Source: Eubacteriales bacterium | Lineage (GTDB): Bacteria > Bacillota > Clostridia > Oscillospirales > CAG-272 | Reading direction: 5' to 3' | Length of the DNA stretch: 64,000 bases | Assembly (NCBI GenBank): GCA_045660295.1 | Contig: JAZRDN010000035.1 | Coordinates: forward strand, 1,228 to 65,227 | Shown: positions 28,130 through 38,156 of the stretch, in pieces | How the letters are laid out: every line of letters begins with the position of its first letter | How positions within the stretch are numbered: position 1 is the stretch's first letter | The notes under the pieces: generated by a model | Seen by the model: the letters and a program-made list of their open reading frames with translations, nothing else | What the model was told of the DNA's origin: nothing | Database searches by the model: none | Translations under genes and position numbers: made by a program

Positions 28130-28259
28130 ATAAATAGCCTTAGAAATAAAATTTGACCAGTGGTTTTAAAAAACACTCAATAATGTCTCAACAAATCGGT
28201 TGGTGAAACTACAAACAGAAAACACAGGCGGTCGCATAAAGCAACCGCCTGTGTTTTTG
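28130..28259 (+). ncRNA. Candidate ~125-nt small RNA, or leftover 5' UTR, between the orphan promoter and a terminator
   Basis: No ORF longer than 7 codons and no SD between the promoter and the hairpin at 28222-28254 plus T-run. Convergent with ygiQ. Confidence 0.3.
28222..28259. terminator. Bidirectional terminator (ygiQ and the candidate sRNA)
   Basis: 11-bp stem acacaggcggt / accgcctgtgt, with ttttt on the plus strand and a T-rich tract on the minus strand. Confidence 0.8.
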
Positions 28260-30224
28260 CTATTTCTTTTTTCGTTTTGTTGGCTTTGATGTCGAATTTT
28301 TCTGTGATTTGTCGTTTGAGCCTTTTTTAGATGTTTTGCCAACGTAACTTTTTTGCGCAGTTGGCTTTTTATTTCCGTAACCGCTTTTTGCGGAGTGATT
28401 TGCGCCGTTGCGGTTTGTGCTCTGCGCCGCGGGCTTTACGAGGCACTCCTTGCCGTAGCCGATAAGGTCGGTGCGTCCCGCCTTGGTCAACGCCTCGCGG
28501 ACGAGGTCGGCGTTTTGCGGTCGGTTATACTGCAAAAGCGCACGCTGAAGCTGTTTTTCGTGGTAGTCTGTAACAACGTAGACGGGCTTCATCGTAAGCG
28601 GGTTAAGACCCGTGTAGTACATTACCGTCGAAGCAGTTCCAGGGGTGGGATAAAAGTCCTGCACCTGCTCGGGCGCGTAATTGTCGCGTTTCAGGCAGAG
28701 CGCCAGCTCGATAGCGCAGTTGAGGTTGGAGCCTGGGTGGCTTGACATAAGATAGGGAACGAGATACTGCTCCTTGCCAAAGCTCTTTGTAAGCTCAAAA
28801 TAGCGCTTTCTGAATTTTTCGTAAACTTCAAAATTTGGCTTGCCCATGCAGGCAAGCACCTGCGACGCGCAATGCTCCGGGGCGACCTTAAGCTGACCGC
28901 TGACGTTGTCGCGTACCAGCTTTTTGAAAAAGGCGTCGCTTTTATCCTCAAGCAGATAGTCAAAGCGTATGCCCGAGCGGATAAACACCTTTTTTATCTT
29001 CGGAAGTCTTTCAATTTCCTCTATAAGACGAATGTATTCGTCGTGTGAAACCTTGAGATTTTTACAGGGGGTGGGTGCGAGACACTTGCGGTTGGCGCAT
29101 ACGCCGTCCTTTAGCTGCTTGTCACAGGCGGGGTATCTGAAATTCGCAGTAGGACCGCCCACGTCGTGGATATAACCCTTGAAGCCGTCAAGCTCTGTGA
29201 CCTTTTTCGACTCTGTTACCACGCTCTCTATGCTTCGTGAGCGAACCGTGCGTCCTTGGTGAAATGCCAGCGCGCAGAAGTTGCAACCGCCAAAGCAGCC
29301 GCGGTTGTGGGTTATCGAGAATTTGACCTCCTCGATAGCGGGAACACCGCCGTCCTTTATATACAAGGGGTGAAAATCGCGCATATAGGGCAGGGAGTAC
29401 ACCTTGTCCAATTCCTCGCGCTCAAGCGGCGGCATGGGCGGATTTTGCACTAACATCTTGTCGTCGTAATATTCGATTATGGCTTTTCCGCTTATTGAGT
29501 CCTGATTTTTGTACTGAACTCCGAAAGCCTCGGCGTATTTGCGCTTGTCGGCTTTAAGCTCGTTGAAATCAAACTCGCCCGCTACGTCGTAATGTACCTT
29601 TTCGCCGCGCTTGCAAAGGTATACCGAGCCGCGCACATCGCGTATTTTCTTTATCGGCACGCCTCTGTCAAGAAGCTCGGCGATTCTTGTGAGAATGTTC
29701 TCTCCCATGCCGTATGTGAGAATATCGGCACGGCTGTCCACTAACACCGAACGGCGAATTTTGTCATCCCAGTAGTCGTAGTGTGCGAAACGTCTGAGCG
29801 AGGCTTCAAGCCCGCCTATGATTATCGGTACGTCGCCGTATGCCTCGCGTATTCTGTTGCAGTAAACTATCGTGGCGCGGTCGGGGCGCGCGCCCATTTT
29901 ACCGCCGGCGGAATAATAGTCGTATGATCGTTTCTTTTTTGAAACAGTGTAGTGAGCCACCATGGAGTCAATATTTCCCGCGGTTACAAGGAAGCCGAGG
30001 CGAGGTCTGCCGAACTCGCGGAAGGCATCGCAGCTCTTGTAGTCGGGTTGAGCGAGTATAGCTACCTTAAAGCCCTTGCTTTCAAGCACGCGGGAGATGA
30101 TAGCCACGCCAAAAGACGGGTGATCGACGTAAGCGTCACCCGTAACGTATACGAAGTCGGGACGGTCCCAGCCGTACTCCGCCATTTCGGCGCGGTTGAT
30201 AGGTAAAAATTTATTTTCCTGCAT
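28260..30224 (-). CDS. ygiQ: YgiQ-family radical SAM protein (UPF0313)
   Basis: 654 aa. N-terminus ..FLPINRAEMAEYGWDRPDFVYVTGDAYVDHPSFG..; CFGGCNFC cluster; Lys-rich tail. Confidence 0.9.
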   Translation of the reverse strand: MQENKFLPINRAEMAEYGWDRPDFVYVTGDAYVDHPSFGVAIISRVLESKGFKVAILAQPDYKSCDAFREFGRPRLGFLVTAGNIDSMVAHYTVSKKKRSYDYYSAGGKMGARPDRATIVYCNRIREAYGDVPIIIGGLEASLRRFAHYDYWDDKIRRSVLVDSRADILTYGMGENILTRIAELLDRGVPIKKIRDVRGSVYLCKRGEKVHYDVAGEFDFNELKADKRKYAEAFGVQYKNQDSISGKAIIEYYDDKMLVQNPPMPPLEREELDKVYSLPYMRDFHPLYIKDGGVPAIEEVKFSITHNRGCFGGCNFCALAFHQGRTVRSRSIESVVTESKKVTELDGFKGYIHDVGGPTANFRYPACDKQLKDGVCANRKCLAPTPCKNLKVSHDEYIRLIEEIERLPKIKKVFIRSGIRFDYLLEDKSDAFFKKLVRDNVSGQLKVAPEHCASQVLACMGKPNFEVYEKFRKRYFELTKSFGKEQYLVPYLMSSHPGSNLNCAIELALCLKRDNYAPEQVQDFYPTPGTASTVMYYTGLNPLTMKPVYVVTDYHEKQLQRALLQYNRPQNADLVREALTKAGRTDLIGYGKECLVKPAAQSTNRNGANHSAKSGYGNKKPTAQKSYVGKTSKKGSNDKSQKNSTSKPTKRKKK

Positions 30225-30386
30225 TTAAGCTCCTGAATTTTATTTATCGTTGCGTTTTATTTTAAAAATTTTTCTTAGTATAGGCGAGAGAAAGCTTGGT
30301 GATTTGACTATTACTATCTTCATATAAAAGCAGTCCTTTCAATAGGTTTCAATGCTATTATATGACCAAAAATTATCACTTGACAG

Positions 30387-31010
30387 TTAATCTTTGCTTT
30401 CTATTATATAAAGTCCGCCTTTTTTTACGCTTACCAGCGCGCAGTTTTTGAGAATTTCATTGGAGACCGCAAACTGGTTCGTGCGAGTGAGCTTGGCGTT
30501 CTTTAACGGATATTTACAGCCCTCAAGGCTTACTCCCTTTACGTTTTCGTCCGCGGCGATAAGCGAAAGATATTTGAAAAGACTTTTGGGAACAAGCTCG
30601 CTTGTGCGCTCAATGTAACGGGCACGGTTTTTTCCGTCGGTTATCATCGCGCGGATGCCCATGCTCCAAAGCTTTTCAAGAATAGCGAGATTTGAAAGAG
30701 TGTGGTCGAGCCTTCCGCCAAGACCGCCGATTATAGTTATAAAATCGGCGCCCTGCTCAAGAGCAACGTCTACCGCAAGCTGAGTGTCGGTAAAATCCTT
30801 TTCGGCGGGGACTTCTATTATCTCGGCTTCACGGGGAAGCTCGGCTTTGTCGCCCGAATCAAAATCGCCTACGGCAAAATCTATGCTAACGCCCAGCTTT
30901 TTTGCGTTTTTGTATCCGCAATCGGCGCTTATGGATATATCTCCGCCCTTGGGAAAGTCGGTTATCCCGTCGGGGAATATCTCGCCGCCAACGTATATGA
31001 ATGCTTTCAT
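30387..31010 (-). CDS. thiN: Thiamine diphosphokinase
   Basis: 207 aa with the ..FAVGDFDS.. motif. Positioned after rsgA, as in B. subtilis. Confidence 0.88.
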   Translation of the reverse strand: MKAFIYVGGEIFPDGITDFPKGGDISISADCGYKNAKKLGVSIDFAVGDFDSGDKAELPREAEIIEVPAEKDFTDTQLAVDVALEQGADFITIIGGLGGRLDHTLSNLAILEKLWSMGIRAMITDGKNRARYIERTSELVPKSLFKYLSLIAADENVKGVSLEGCKYPLKNAKLTRTNQFAVSNEILKNCALVSVKKGGLYIIESKD

Positions 31011-31020
31011 TTGTGACCTC

Positions 31021-32007
31021 TTATTTCTTCCAATCGGTTTTGTTTTTCAAGACCTCGTATATCTCAACGAAGCTGTCGTGGCGCGATTTGGCGATATCAC
31101 CGCGTTTTACCGCCTCAAGTATGGCGCAACCGTCCTCCTTGGTGTGTGAGCATTTGGTGTATTTGCAAAGTCCTATATAGTCGTCGAACTCGCGCACCGT
31201 AAGCGGCAGGTCCTCTTTTTTGAAAAAGTCGAAATGCTCAAAGTCAAGCATCGAAAAACCGGGGGTGTCGGCAATATAGCCCTCGCCGCCGTTACATTCG
31301 TGGGTGAAAAGCTCAACGTGTCGGGTGGTGTTTTTTCCGCGCTCTATTTTATGGCTTATCTCGCCCGTGTCAAGCGAAAGATCGGGAAAGAGCTTGTTCA
31401 TAAGAGAGGATTTTCCGACTCCCGAAGCCCCCGCGAACGCCGCTATCTTGCCCGCGAGATTGGCTTTTATAAAGCGTGAAAGCTCCTCTAAGCCCTCGTC
31501 CTCAAACACGCTGATAACAAAGACCGTAAAGCCCGCCTTTTGGTATATTTCCTTTATCCTCTCGGCACTGTCGGGGTCAAGCTCGCATTTGCCGATGATG
31601 ATGACAGGCTCTATTTTGTTGAACTCCGCTATTGAGATAAGCTTGTCCACAGTCGAAAGAATCGGCGTGGGTGAGGCTGAAGCCATTGATATGAACATGT
31701 AATCAAGGTTTGCCAAGGGCGGTCTTATAAGCGCGCTTTTGCGGTCGATGATCTCGGATATCATGATCTCGCCGGCGCTTTTTTTGTTGCTCGTGTTTTC
31801 TTCCTCAAGCGCCTTGAGTGTTCTGTCGTTAAAGACTATTTCCACCCTGTCGCCCACAAGAGGGGATATGTTGCTGTGTCGGAATTTACCGCGCGCGCGG
31901 CAGGGAAGAAGCCTGCCGATAGCTGAAGGCTCGTCCGAGGCGGTGACCAAAACGTAGTAGAGTCCGCCAACGCCTTTTATTATTCTGCCTTTTGCCTTGT
32001 AATCCAT
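31021..32007 (-). CDS. rsgA: Ribosome small-subunit-dependent GTPase A
   Basis: GASGVGKSSLMN P-loop. C-terminal CKYTKCSHTKEDGC zinc motif. Confidence 0.93.
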   Translation of the reverse strand: MDYKAKGRIIKGVGGLYYVLVTASDEPSAIGRLLPCRARGKFRHSNISPLVGDRVEIVFNDRTLKALEEENTSNKKSAGEIMISEIIDRKSALIRPPLANLDYMFISMASASPTPILSTVDKLISIAEFNKIEPVIIIGKCELDPDSAERIKEIYQKAGFTVFVISVFEDEGLEELSRFIKANLAGKIAAFAGASGVGKSSLMNKLFPDLSLDTGEISHKIERGKNTTRHVELFTHECNGGEGYIADTPGFSMLDFEHFDFFKKEDLPLTVREFDDYIGLCKYTKCSHTKEDGCAILEAVKRGDIAKSRHDSFVEIYEVLKNKTDWKK

Positions 32008-32034
32008 TCTGTGTTCTGCCTTTCGTAAAATTGG

Positions 32035-33495
32035 CTATTCTGTTTCGGAATATCCGTCGCTGACAAAAAGAGTTGCCTCTTTTGAGGATTCTGTGTTAGC
32101 GAAGGGAAGCGTGGCAAAAACACGCCCTTTTCCTATGTATTCATGCGGCGCGCTCTCAACGCTGACCTCACAGCCGTAGCTTTCAAGAAGCGACATTGCT
32201 TCCTTGACGTCCATAGCGATGACGTTTGGCATGGTCTCGGGAAGCGGAAGATAGGCGACCTTAACGGTTATCTCGCATTTTTCTCCGTCCTTTAGCTTTA
32301 CCTTACTGCCCCCGATGGGGTTTTGAGATACTATTTTTCCGCCGTTTTCGGCGTTGTCGGTGTATACCGCCGTAATGTCGTAATAGCGCATGTCAAGACC
32401 GAGTGAAGCAAGCTCGGAATACACGGTGCCATCAAGCTCGGGCACTCTGACGTATTGGTGTAGATTTCGCTCGTTCATAAGGGCTATTGAGAGAATACCC
32501 AACGCCATGACCACCGAAACCAACAGCGCGCAAAGTCCGCCCACCACGCCAGATGGAATGCTGAAATCACGCAAATAGTTTATTATCTTTTCCTTTAGCG
32601 GTACAGGCTCTGTGCTTTCGGGAGTGGGATTTTCCAGCTCGTATATCGCGTCTAGCATTTCCTCTGCCGTCTGATATCTGTCCTCTACACGCTTTTCCAT
32701 TGCCTTGAGGATTATGTATTCGATCTCGGGGGCTACCGAGGGGTTTGCGTGTGAGGGAGCGGGGGGAATCTCGTTTATGTGCTTTGAGGCTATCTCAGAC
32801 GCCTTTTCATACCCTAAAAAGGGAAGCGTTCCCGTCGCCATTTCGTACATCATCACACCAAAGGAATAGATGTCGCTGCGCCCGTCAAGCGGCTTTGCCT
32901 CAGCCTGCTCGGGGCTGACGTAGTGCACGGTGCCGATAGCTACCTCGGCAGGTTCCTCGCCGTCCTCAAGGTCGATTATTCTTTTGGGAAGCGGCTTTGA
33001 GATTCCAAAGTCCATAAGACGCACCGAGCCGTCGGCGAGGACTACCACGTTGTGGGGCTTGATATCACTGTGAACTATGCCCTTTGCGTGTACCTGCGCC
33101 AGCGCCGAAAGAGTGGGCTTGATAATGTCGAATATCTCTTTTTTAGGAAGCGCGCCCTTGCTTAAAATATGCTTTTTGAGGGTTATGCCCTCAACGTATT
33201 CCATTATGAAATATTTTGGAGAGCCGTCAAGGCACTTGTCGTATATTCTTACTATGCCGGGGTGAGAAAAGAGTGAGAGAATTTCTACCTCCTGCTCAAA
33301 TCTTTTTACAGCCTCGTGGTTGCTTTCGTACTCGGGGAGCAGCATCTTCATTGCCACAGTGCGGTCCTCGACACTGTCGTATACGCCGTATACGATAGAG
33401 CTTCCGCCCGAGCCGACAACGTTTATTATCTCATATCGGTCGCCGAAAACACGACCGATGTTGTTATCATGCTTTTTTGCCATTTTCACCCTCAC
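32035..33495 (-). CDS. prkC: Ser/Thr protein kinase with a TM segment and two PASTA-like repeats
   Basis: Kinase motifs HSDIKPHN and DFGIS. One TM span, then an extracellular region of about 150 aa. 4-nt overlap with the phosphatase gene. Confidence 0.92.
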   Translation of the reverse strand: MRVKMAKKHDNNIGRVFGDRYEIINVVGSGGSSIVYGVYDSVEDRTVAMKMLLPEYESNHEAVKRFEQEVEILSLFSHPGIVRIYDKCLDGSPKYFIMEYVEGITLKKHILSKGALPKKEIFDIIKPTLSALAQVHAKGIVHSDIKPHNVVVLADGSVRLMDFGISKPLPKRIIDLEDGEEPAEVAIGTVHYVSPEQAEAKPLDGRSDIYSFGVMMYEMATGTLPFLGYEKASEIASKHINEIPPAPSHANPSVAPEIEYIILKAMEKRVEDRYQTAEEMLDAIYELENPTPESTEPVPLKEKIINYLRDFSIPSGVVGGLCALLVSVVMALGILSIALMNERNLHQYVRVPELDGTVYSELASLGLDMRYYDITAVYTDNAENGGKIVSQNPIGGSKVKLKDGEKCEITVKVAYLPLPETMPNVIAMDVKEAMSLLESYGCEVSVESAPHEYIGKGRVFATLPFANTESSKEATLFVSDGYSETE

Positions 33496-34268
33496 GCAAG
33501 CTCAACCATAGTTAAGGTAATGTTGTCACTGCCGTCGTTTTTCTTGGCAAGGTCAACCAGCTTGTTTACACGCTCCTCAACAGTGAGAGAAGAGTCCATT
33601 ACTATAGCCGAGCACTCCTCCTCGCTTACGCCGTTTGAAAAGCCGTCGGTGCAGAGAAGAATTTTTGTTTCGGCGACCTCGGCATCGGAGAGGGGGAAGG
33701 TGTCAACGTCGGGCTGGCAGGTAACGTCTATGCCTATGGCGCGCGTGATAAGATTACGCTTTTTGGACTTTTTAGCCTCCTCGAGCGTCAGCTTGCCGAT
33801 GTCTATCATGTGTTGAACGTATGAGTGATCCTTGGACACCTGAAGAATGTCTTTGGTATCAACAGTGTAGAGTCTGCTGTCGCCGATATTAGCCCAGCTT
33901 ATCTTCCTTCCGCCGTTCTGTATAAGAGCCGCCACGAGAGTAGTGCCCATGCCCTCGGCAATATCCGCCTCCTCTTGCTTTTTGATAACGCGGTTGTTTG
34001 CGACTGTTACGGCGTTTGAAAGGATAACGTCAGCCTCGCGGTCTGAAAGCGTGAGTATTCCTTTTTTTATATGGGACTTGCAAAGCCTTTCAAGCGCGTC
34101 CGAAAAGCTGTCAAGGGCAAGTTTTGCCGCAACGTCGCCGCAGTCAAGACCGCCCATGCCGTCGCAAACGACGATAAGAATGGCGTTGTCGGCTATTTGT
34201 CTTATGCCGAATGCGTCCTCGTTGGTTTTTCTTACGTTGCCTATATCGCTTCTTCCGAATACTTTCAT
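33492..34268 (-). CDS. prpC: PP2C-family Ser/Thr phosphatase (Stp/PrpC)
   Basis: ..RKTNEDAF.., ..CDGMGG.., ..GDSR.., ..DGSDNIT.. motifs. Confidence 0.93.
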   Translation of the reverse strand: MKVFGRSDIGNVRKTNEDAFGIRQIADNAILIVVCDGMGGLDCGDVAAKLALDSFSDALERLCKSHIKKGILTLSDREADVILSNAVTVANNRVIKKQEEADIAEGMGTTLVAALIQNGGRKISWANIGDSRLYTVDTKDILQVSKDHSYVQHMIDIGKLTLEEAKKSKKRNLITRAIGIDVTCQPDVDTFPLSDAEVAETKILLCTDGFSNGVSEEECSAIVMDSSLTVEERVNKLVDLAKKNDGSDNITLTMVELA

Positions 34269-34281
34269 ATAAAGTCCTTTC

Positions 34282-35358
34282 TTACCTATCCGCGCCTGTT
34301 TTCATGGAGTTTCTGCGCAGCTGACCGCAGGATGCGTTTATATCAGAGCCTAATTTGCGGCGCACAGTCGCGCGTATTCCGCGTCGCTCAAGAGTTGCCG
34401 AAAATGCGGCGATCGCTTTTTTGCCCGAGCGTATAAAATCGCGCTCCTCAACCTCGTTTACGGGTATGAGATTAACGTGTATGGGCATGGTGTCGGTCCT
34501 TGAGCGGAGCTTGGAGTTAAGAAGCGCGGCAAGCTCCTCCGCGTCCTCCTTCGAGTCGTTTTTGCCCGAAATGAGAGTGTATTCAAACGAGATCCTTCGC
34601 CCTGTTACCGCAAAATACTCGCGGCAAGCGTCAAGGAGCTCGCTTATACCGTATTTTCTGTTTATCGGCATTATCTCCGAGCGCTTTTCGTCGTTTGAAG
34701 CGTGGAGAGAGATGGAAAGCGTAATGGGGAGATTTTCGCGCGCAAGGTCGTGGATCTTCGGCACTATTCCGCAGGTGGAGAGCGAAATGTGTCTGTAACC
34801 GATGTTGAGTCCGTCCTTGTCGCCCACAAGACGCAGGAATTTTATCACGTTGTCGTAGTTGTCAAGCGGCTCGCCTATTGCCATCATGACCACGCCCGAA
34901 ATGCGTTCGCCAAGGTCTCGCTCGGCGGCGATTATCTGTCCAAGAAGCTCCGAGGGGGCAAGGTCGCGCGCTCTGCCGTCAATGGTTGAGGCGCAGAAGC
35001 GGCACCCCATTCTGCAACCGACCTGAGAGGAGATGCAGATAGTGATTCCGTGCTCGTAGCGCATTACTACCGACTCAATGCAGTTGCCGTCCGAGAGCGC
35101 GAAAAGGTATTTTACCGTTCCGTCGATAGCCGATACCAGCTTTTTTTCAATTGTCGGGAAGGAGTAGTAAGCAAGCTCGGATATCTTAGCCTTCGTCGCC
35201 TTAGAGATATTGGTTATCTCGTCAAGCAAAAGCCCCCTGTGCATTTGGGTAAAGAGCTGTGAGGCGCGGTATTTCGGCTCGCCCGCTTTTTCAAAAAATT
35301 CTACCAGCTCGTCCTTGTCAAGCGAGAGCAGATCGATTTTTTTCGTGCTTTCTTCCAT
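34282..35358 (-). CDS. rlmN: 23S rRNA (adenine2503-C2)-methyltransferase RlmN
   Basis: Radical SAM CRMGCRFC. Start taken at ATG 35358 (MEESTKKIDLL..), forming TAATG with the rsmB stop. The track start at 35469 lies inside rsmB. Confidence 0.92.
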   Translation of the reverse strand: MEESTKKIDLLSLDKDELVEFFEKAGEPKYRASQLFTQMHRGLLLDEITNISKATKAKISELAYYSFPTIEKKLVSAIDGTVKYLFALSDGNCIESVVMRYEHGITICISSQVGCRMGCRFCASTIDGRARDLAPSELLGQIIAAERDLGERISGVVMMAIGEPLDNYDNVIKFLRLVGDKDGLNIGYRHISLSTCGIVPKIHDLARENLPITLSISLHASNDEKRSEIMPINRKYGISELLDACREYFAVTGRRISFEYTLISGKNDSKEDAEELAALLNSKLRSRTDTMPIHVNLIPVNEVEERDFIRSGKKAIAAFSATLERRGIRATVRRKLGSDINASCGQLRRNSMKTGADR

Positions 35359-36662
35359 TAGTTTACCTTTCTGAGTTTGGCTATAAAGAATCCGTCTGTT
35401 CCATGGTCGTACGGATTCAGTGTAAGCATGCCGTTTTGTGAACTTATTTTGCCTATATTGAATTCGCAAGGCTCAAACTCGGGGTGAGCCGCGAGGAATT
35501 TTTTTACGTTAAGCTCGTTTTCTTCGGGGAGCAGTGTGCAAGTGGAATAGAGGAGCACACCGCCTGTTTTGAGATACCTCGACGCGTTGCAAAGAATGTC
35601 GTACTGTATCTGCGGTAAGCCCGCCGAGTCTTTCGGGTCTTTGTATCTTATTTCGGGCTTTTTCGCCACAACTCCGAAGCCCGAGCAGGGAACGTCGCAG
35701 ATTATTTTGTCGGCGAAGTCCTCAAGGCGTTCGTCAAACACGCGCCCATCGCGTGCCTCGGTCTTGATTATCGTAATGCCAAGCCGCTTTGCGCCATTTT
35801 CCACAAGCGAGAGCTTGTTTGCGTGAAGGTCAAAGGAGTATATCTCGCCCTTGCTGTTCATTTCTATCGCCGCGCCGAAGCTCTTTGAGCCGGGGCAGGA
35901 GCAGACGTCAATTACTCGGTCGCCCTCTTTTGCGCCGAGTGCCAGCACGCAGAGCTGTGACGCCTCGTCCTGTACAAAGCAAAGCCCATCGTCAATTCCC
36001 ACCGCAGGGGGCGAAGCTCCGTTTACCGTGACTCCGCAGGGCGAAAGCGGTGCTTCCTTGGCGTCTATTCCTTTTTCGAGAAGGTTCCCGATAAGCTCCT
36101 CGCGAGAAGTTTTCAGCGTGTTTACGCGCAATGTCATACCGCCCTCGCGGCAGAATGCAGCAAGAATATTTTCGCATTTTTCAAATCCGAAGATATCGCG
36201 AAATTTTTCGCAGAGCGCCACGGGGAAGGAGTAAGTCACTGAAAGATATTCTATTGGTGACTTTTCCTTGTCGGGGAATTTTATTTCGTCTTTTTTTCTT
36301 ATGTAATTGCGGAGTATGGCGTTGGCGAAGCCGCGGCTGCGCGCGGGGCAAATCTCAACGCTTTCGTTTATTGCCGCGTGAGGTGGTATCTTGTCAAGAT
36401 AAATAAGCTGATAAAGCCCCATGCGGAGAATATTTCTGATGTTTAATTCTATTTTTGAGGGTGAAAGCGAGGAGAGCGAGTCTATGATGTAGTCAAGCGT
36501 GATCTTGCGCTCGATAACGCCGTAAACCAGCACGCAAAGCAGGGAGCTGTCCTTTTCGTCAAGTCCGTGTGTCTTTATTGCGTTGTCTACGGCTATATTT
36601 GAATACTGCCCCGCCTTCATGGTTTTGTTAAGCAGGTCAAGCGCCAGCTTGCGAATATTCAT
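35358..36662 (-). CDS. rsmB: 16S rRNA (cytosine967-C5)-methyltransferase RsmB
   Basis: NusB-like N-terminus plus SAM-binding DVCSCPGSKS and catalytic ..DVPCSG.. / ..YSTCT.. motifs. Confidence 0.92.
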   Translation of the reverse strand: MNIRKLALDLLNKTMKAGQYSNIAVDNAIKTHGLDEKDSSLLCVLVYGVIERKITLDYIIDSLSSLSPSKIELNIRNILRMGLYQLIYLDKIPPHAAINESVEICPARSRGFANAILRNYIRKKDEIKFPDKEKSPIEYLSVTYSFPVALCEKFRDIFGFEKCENILAAFCREGGMTLRVNTLKTSREELIGNLLEKGIDAKEAPLSPCGVTVNGASPPAVGIDDGLCFVQDEASQLCVLALGAKEGDRVIDVCSCPGSKSFGAAIEMNSKGEIYSFDLHANKLSLVENGAKRLGITIIKTEARDGRVFDERLEDFADKIICDVPCSGFGVVAKKPEIRYKDPKDSAGLPQIQYDILCNASRYLKTGGVLLYSTCTLLPEENELNVKKFLAAHPEFEPCEFNIGKISSQNGMLTLNPYDHGTDGFFIAKLRKVN

Positions 36663-36680
36663 GACTTTCTCCTTTCTTTT

Positions 36681-37616
36681 TTATTTCAAAACGTCTCCGA
36701 TGTTTACTTTTCTGCCGCGTATAAATTCAGCGGCGGTCATTCTGCCCTTGCCCTCGGGAAGTACGCCCGTAAGCGCTATTTTTCCCTTGCCGCAGGCAAT
36801 CACTATTTCGCCGTCAAGTGCCACAACGCTTCCCGCGGGTTTGTCGGATACGGAATCGCGGTCGGCAATGCGCGCCGAGGTTATCTTAAGCAGCTTTCCG
36901 TCAGGCGTGTGCGTAAAGGAAAGCGGAATGGGCGAAAGACCTCTGATAAGGTTGTGAAGCTCTTCTGCCGATTTGGAGAAATCAAGCAGACAGTCGGACT
37001 TTTCTATTTTTGCGGCGTAAGTGGAACGCGAGTCGTCCTGCTTCTCTCTCTTTGCATCGCCGTTTTTGATAAGCTGGACGGTTTTTATAAGCGCGTCAGC
37101 GCCGCAAACAGCGAGCTTGTCGTGAACACTTTCAAAATTGTCGTCGTCGGTTATCTCGACTTCGGACTTTAAAAGCATATCGCCTGTGTCTATACCTACG
37201 TCCATATGCTGAATTGTCACGCCCGTTACCTTTTCGCCGTCGATGATCGCGCGTTGCATGGGCGCAGCACCCCTGTATTTGGGCAGGAGCGAGCCGTGGA
37301 CGTTGATACAACCGTATTTCGGGAAATCAAGCACGCTCTTTGGCAGTATCTTGCCAAAGGCGACTACTACGATAAGCTCGGGGGCAAGACGCGCAAGAAG
37401 CTCCGCAAACTCCTCGTCTTTAAGGGTAGACGGCTGATATACGTCAAGTCCGTTTTCAAGAGCAAACTGTTTAACGGGGGGCGGGGTAAGCGTGTATCCG
37501 CGCCCCTTTGGCTTGTCGGGCTGTGTGATAACTCCTACTATATCCTCACCGCTTTCGTAAAGCGCCTTGAGGGTTGGAATAGCGAAATCGGGAGTTCCCA
37601 TAAAAAGAATCTTCAT
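36681..37616 (-). CDS. fmt: Methionyl-tRNA formyltransferase
   Basis: MKILFMGTPDFA..; HGSLLPKYRGAAPMQ. Confidence 0.95.
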   Translation of the reverse strand: MKILFMGTPDFAIPTLKALYESGEDIVGVITQPDKPKGRGYTLTPPPVKQFALENGLDVYQPSTLKDEEFAELLARLAPELIVVVAFGKILPKSVLDFPKYGCINVHGSLLPKYRGAAPMQRAIIDGEKVTGVTIQHMDVGIDTGDMLLKSEVEITDDDNFESVHDKLAVCGADALIKTVQLIKNGDAKREKQDDSRSTYAAKIEKSDCLLDFSKSAEELHNLIRGLSPIPLSFTHTPDGKLLKITSARIADRDSVSDKPAGSVVALDGEIVIACGKGKIALTGVLPEGKGRMTAAEFIRGRKVNIGDVLK

Positions 37617-37629
37617 ATTTACATATCTC

Positions 37630-38145
37630 CTATCGTGAGCGTCTCTTGCGGCGAGGCTTTTCCCCGTCCTGCGGGATTTTGTCCTCGGGGGCGCGGCGGC
37701 AGAACATCACCTTGCCGTCAAGGTGATCGATCTCGTGAGAGAGCGCCTTTGCAAGAAAGCCCGAAGCGTTTATTTCACATTCCTCGCCCTTGCGGTTGAG
37801 ATGGCGAACGGTTATGCTCATGGGTCTGTCGGTATAAAGCCACTCGTCGGGGAAGGAGAGACATCCCTCCTCTGTGTACTGGTGTCCCGAAAATGCTATG
37901 ATCTTGGGGTTGATAAGCTCGATAAGCTCCTGCGAGTCCTCGGGTGTCTCGCCCTCGTATTCGATTATGGCGATCTTGCGAAGCACGCCGACCTGAGGGG
38001 CGGCAAGTCCCGCGCCGCCCGCGGCGGTAAGAGTCTCGCGCATGTCGTCAAGAAGTCTGATTATTCTTGGGGTTATCTCCTCGACCTCGCGGCATTTTTT
38101 ATTTAAAATTTCGTCGCCGCGTGTTACTATCTTAAGTTTAGCCAT
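37630..38145 (-). CDS. def: Peptide deformylase
   Basis: GLAAPQVG, EGCLS and HEIDHL motifs. Confidence 0.95.
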   Translation of the reverse strand: MAKLKIVTRGDEILNKKCREVEEITPRIIRLLDDMRETLTAAGGAGLAAPQVGVLRKIAIIEYEGETPEDSQELIELINPKIIAFSGHQYTEEGCLSFPDEWLYTDRPMSITVRHLNRKGEECEINASGFLAKALSHEIDHLDGKVMFCRRAPEDKIPQDGEKPRRKRRSR

Positions 38146-38156
38146 TTTGTTATCTC

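Noticed and set aside
30378-30412. A plus-strand TTGACA-16-TATTAT promoter-like sequence pointing into the 3' end of thiN.
   Set aside because: It lies in an AT-rich spacer, has no downstream plus-strand ORF or terminator, and would only produce antisense RNA. It is indistinguishable from a chance match.
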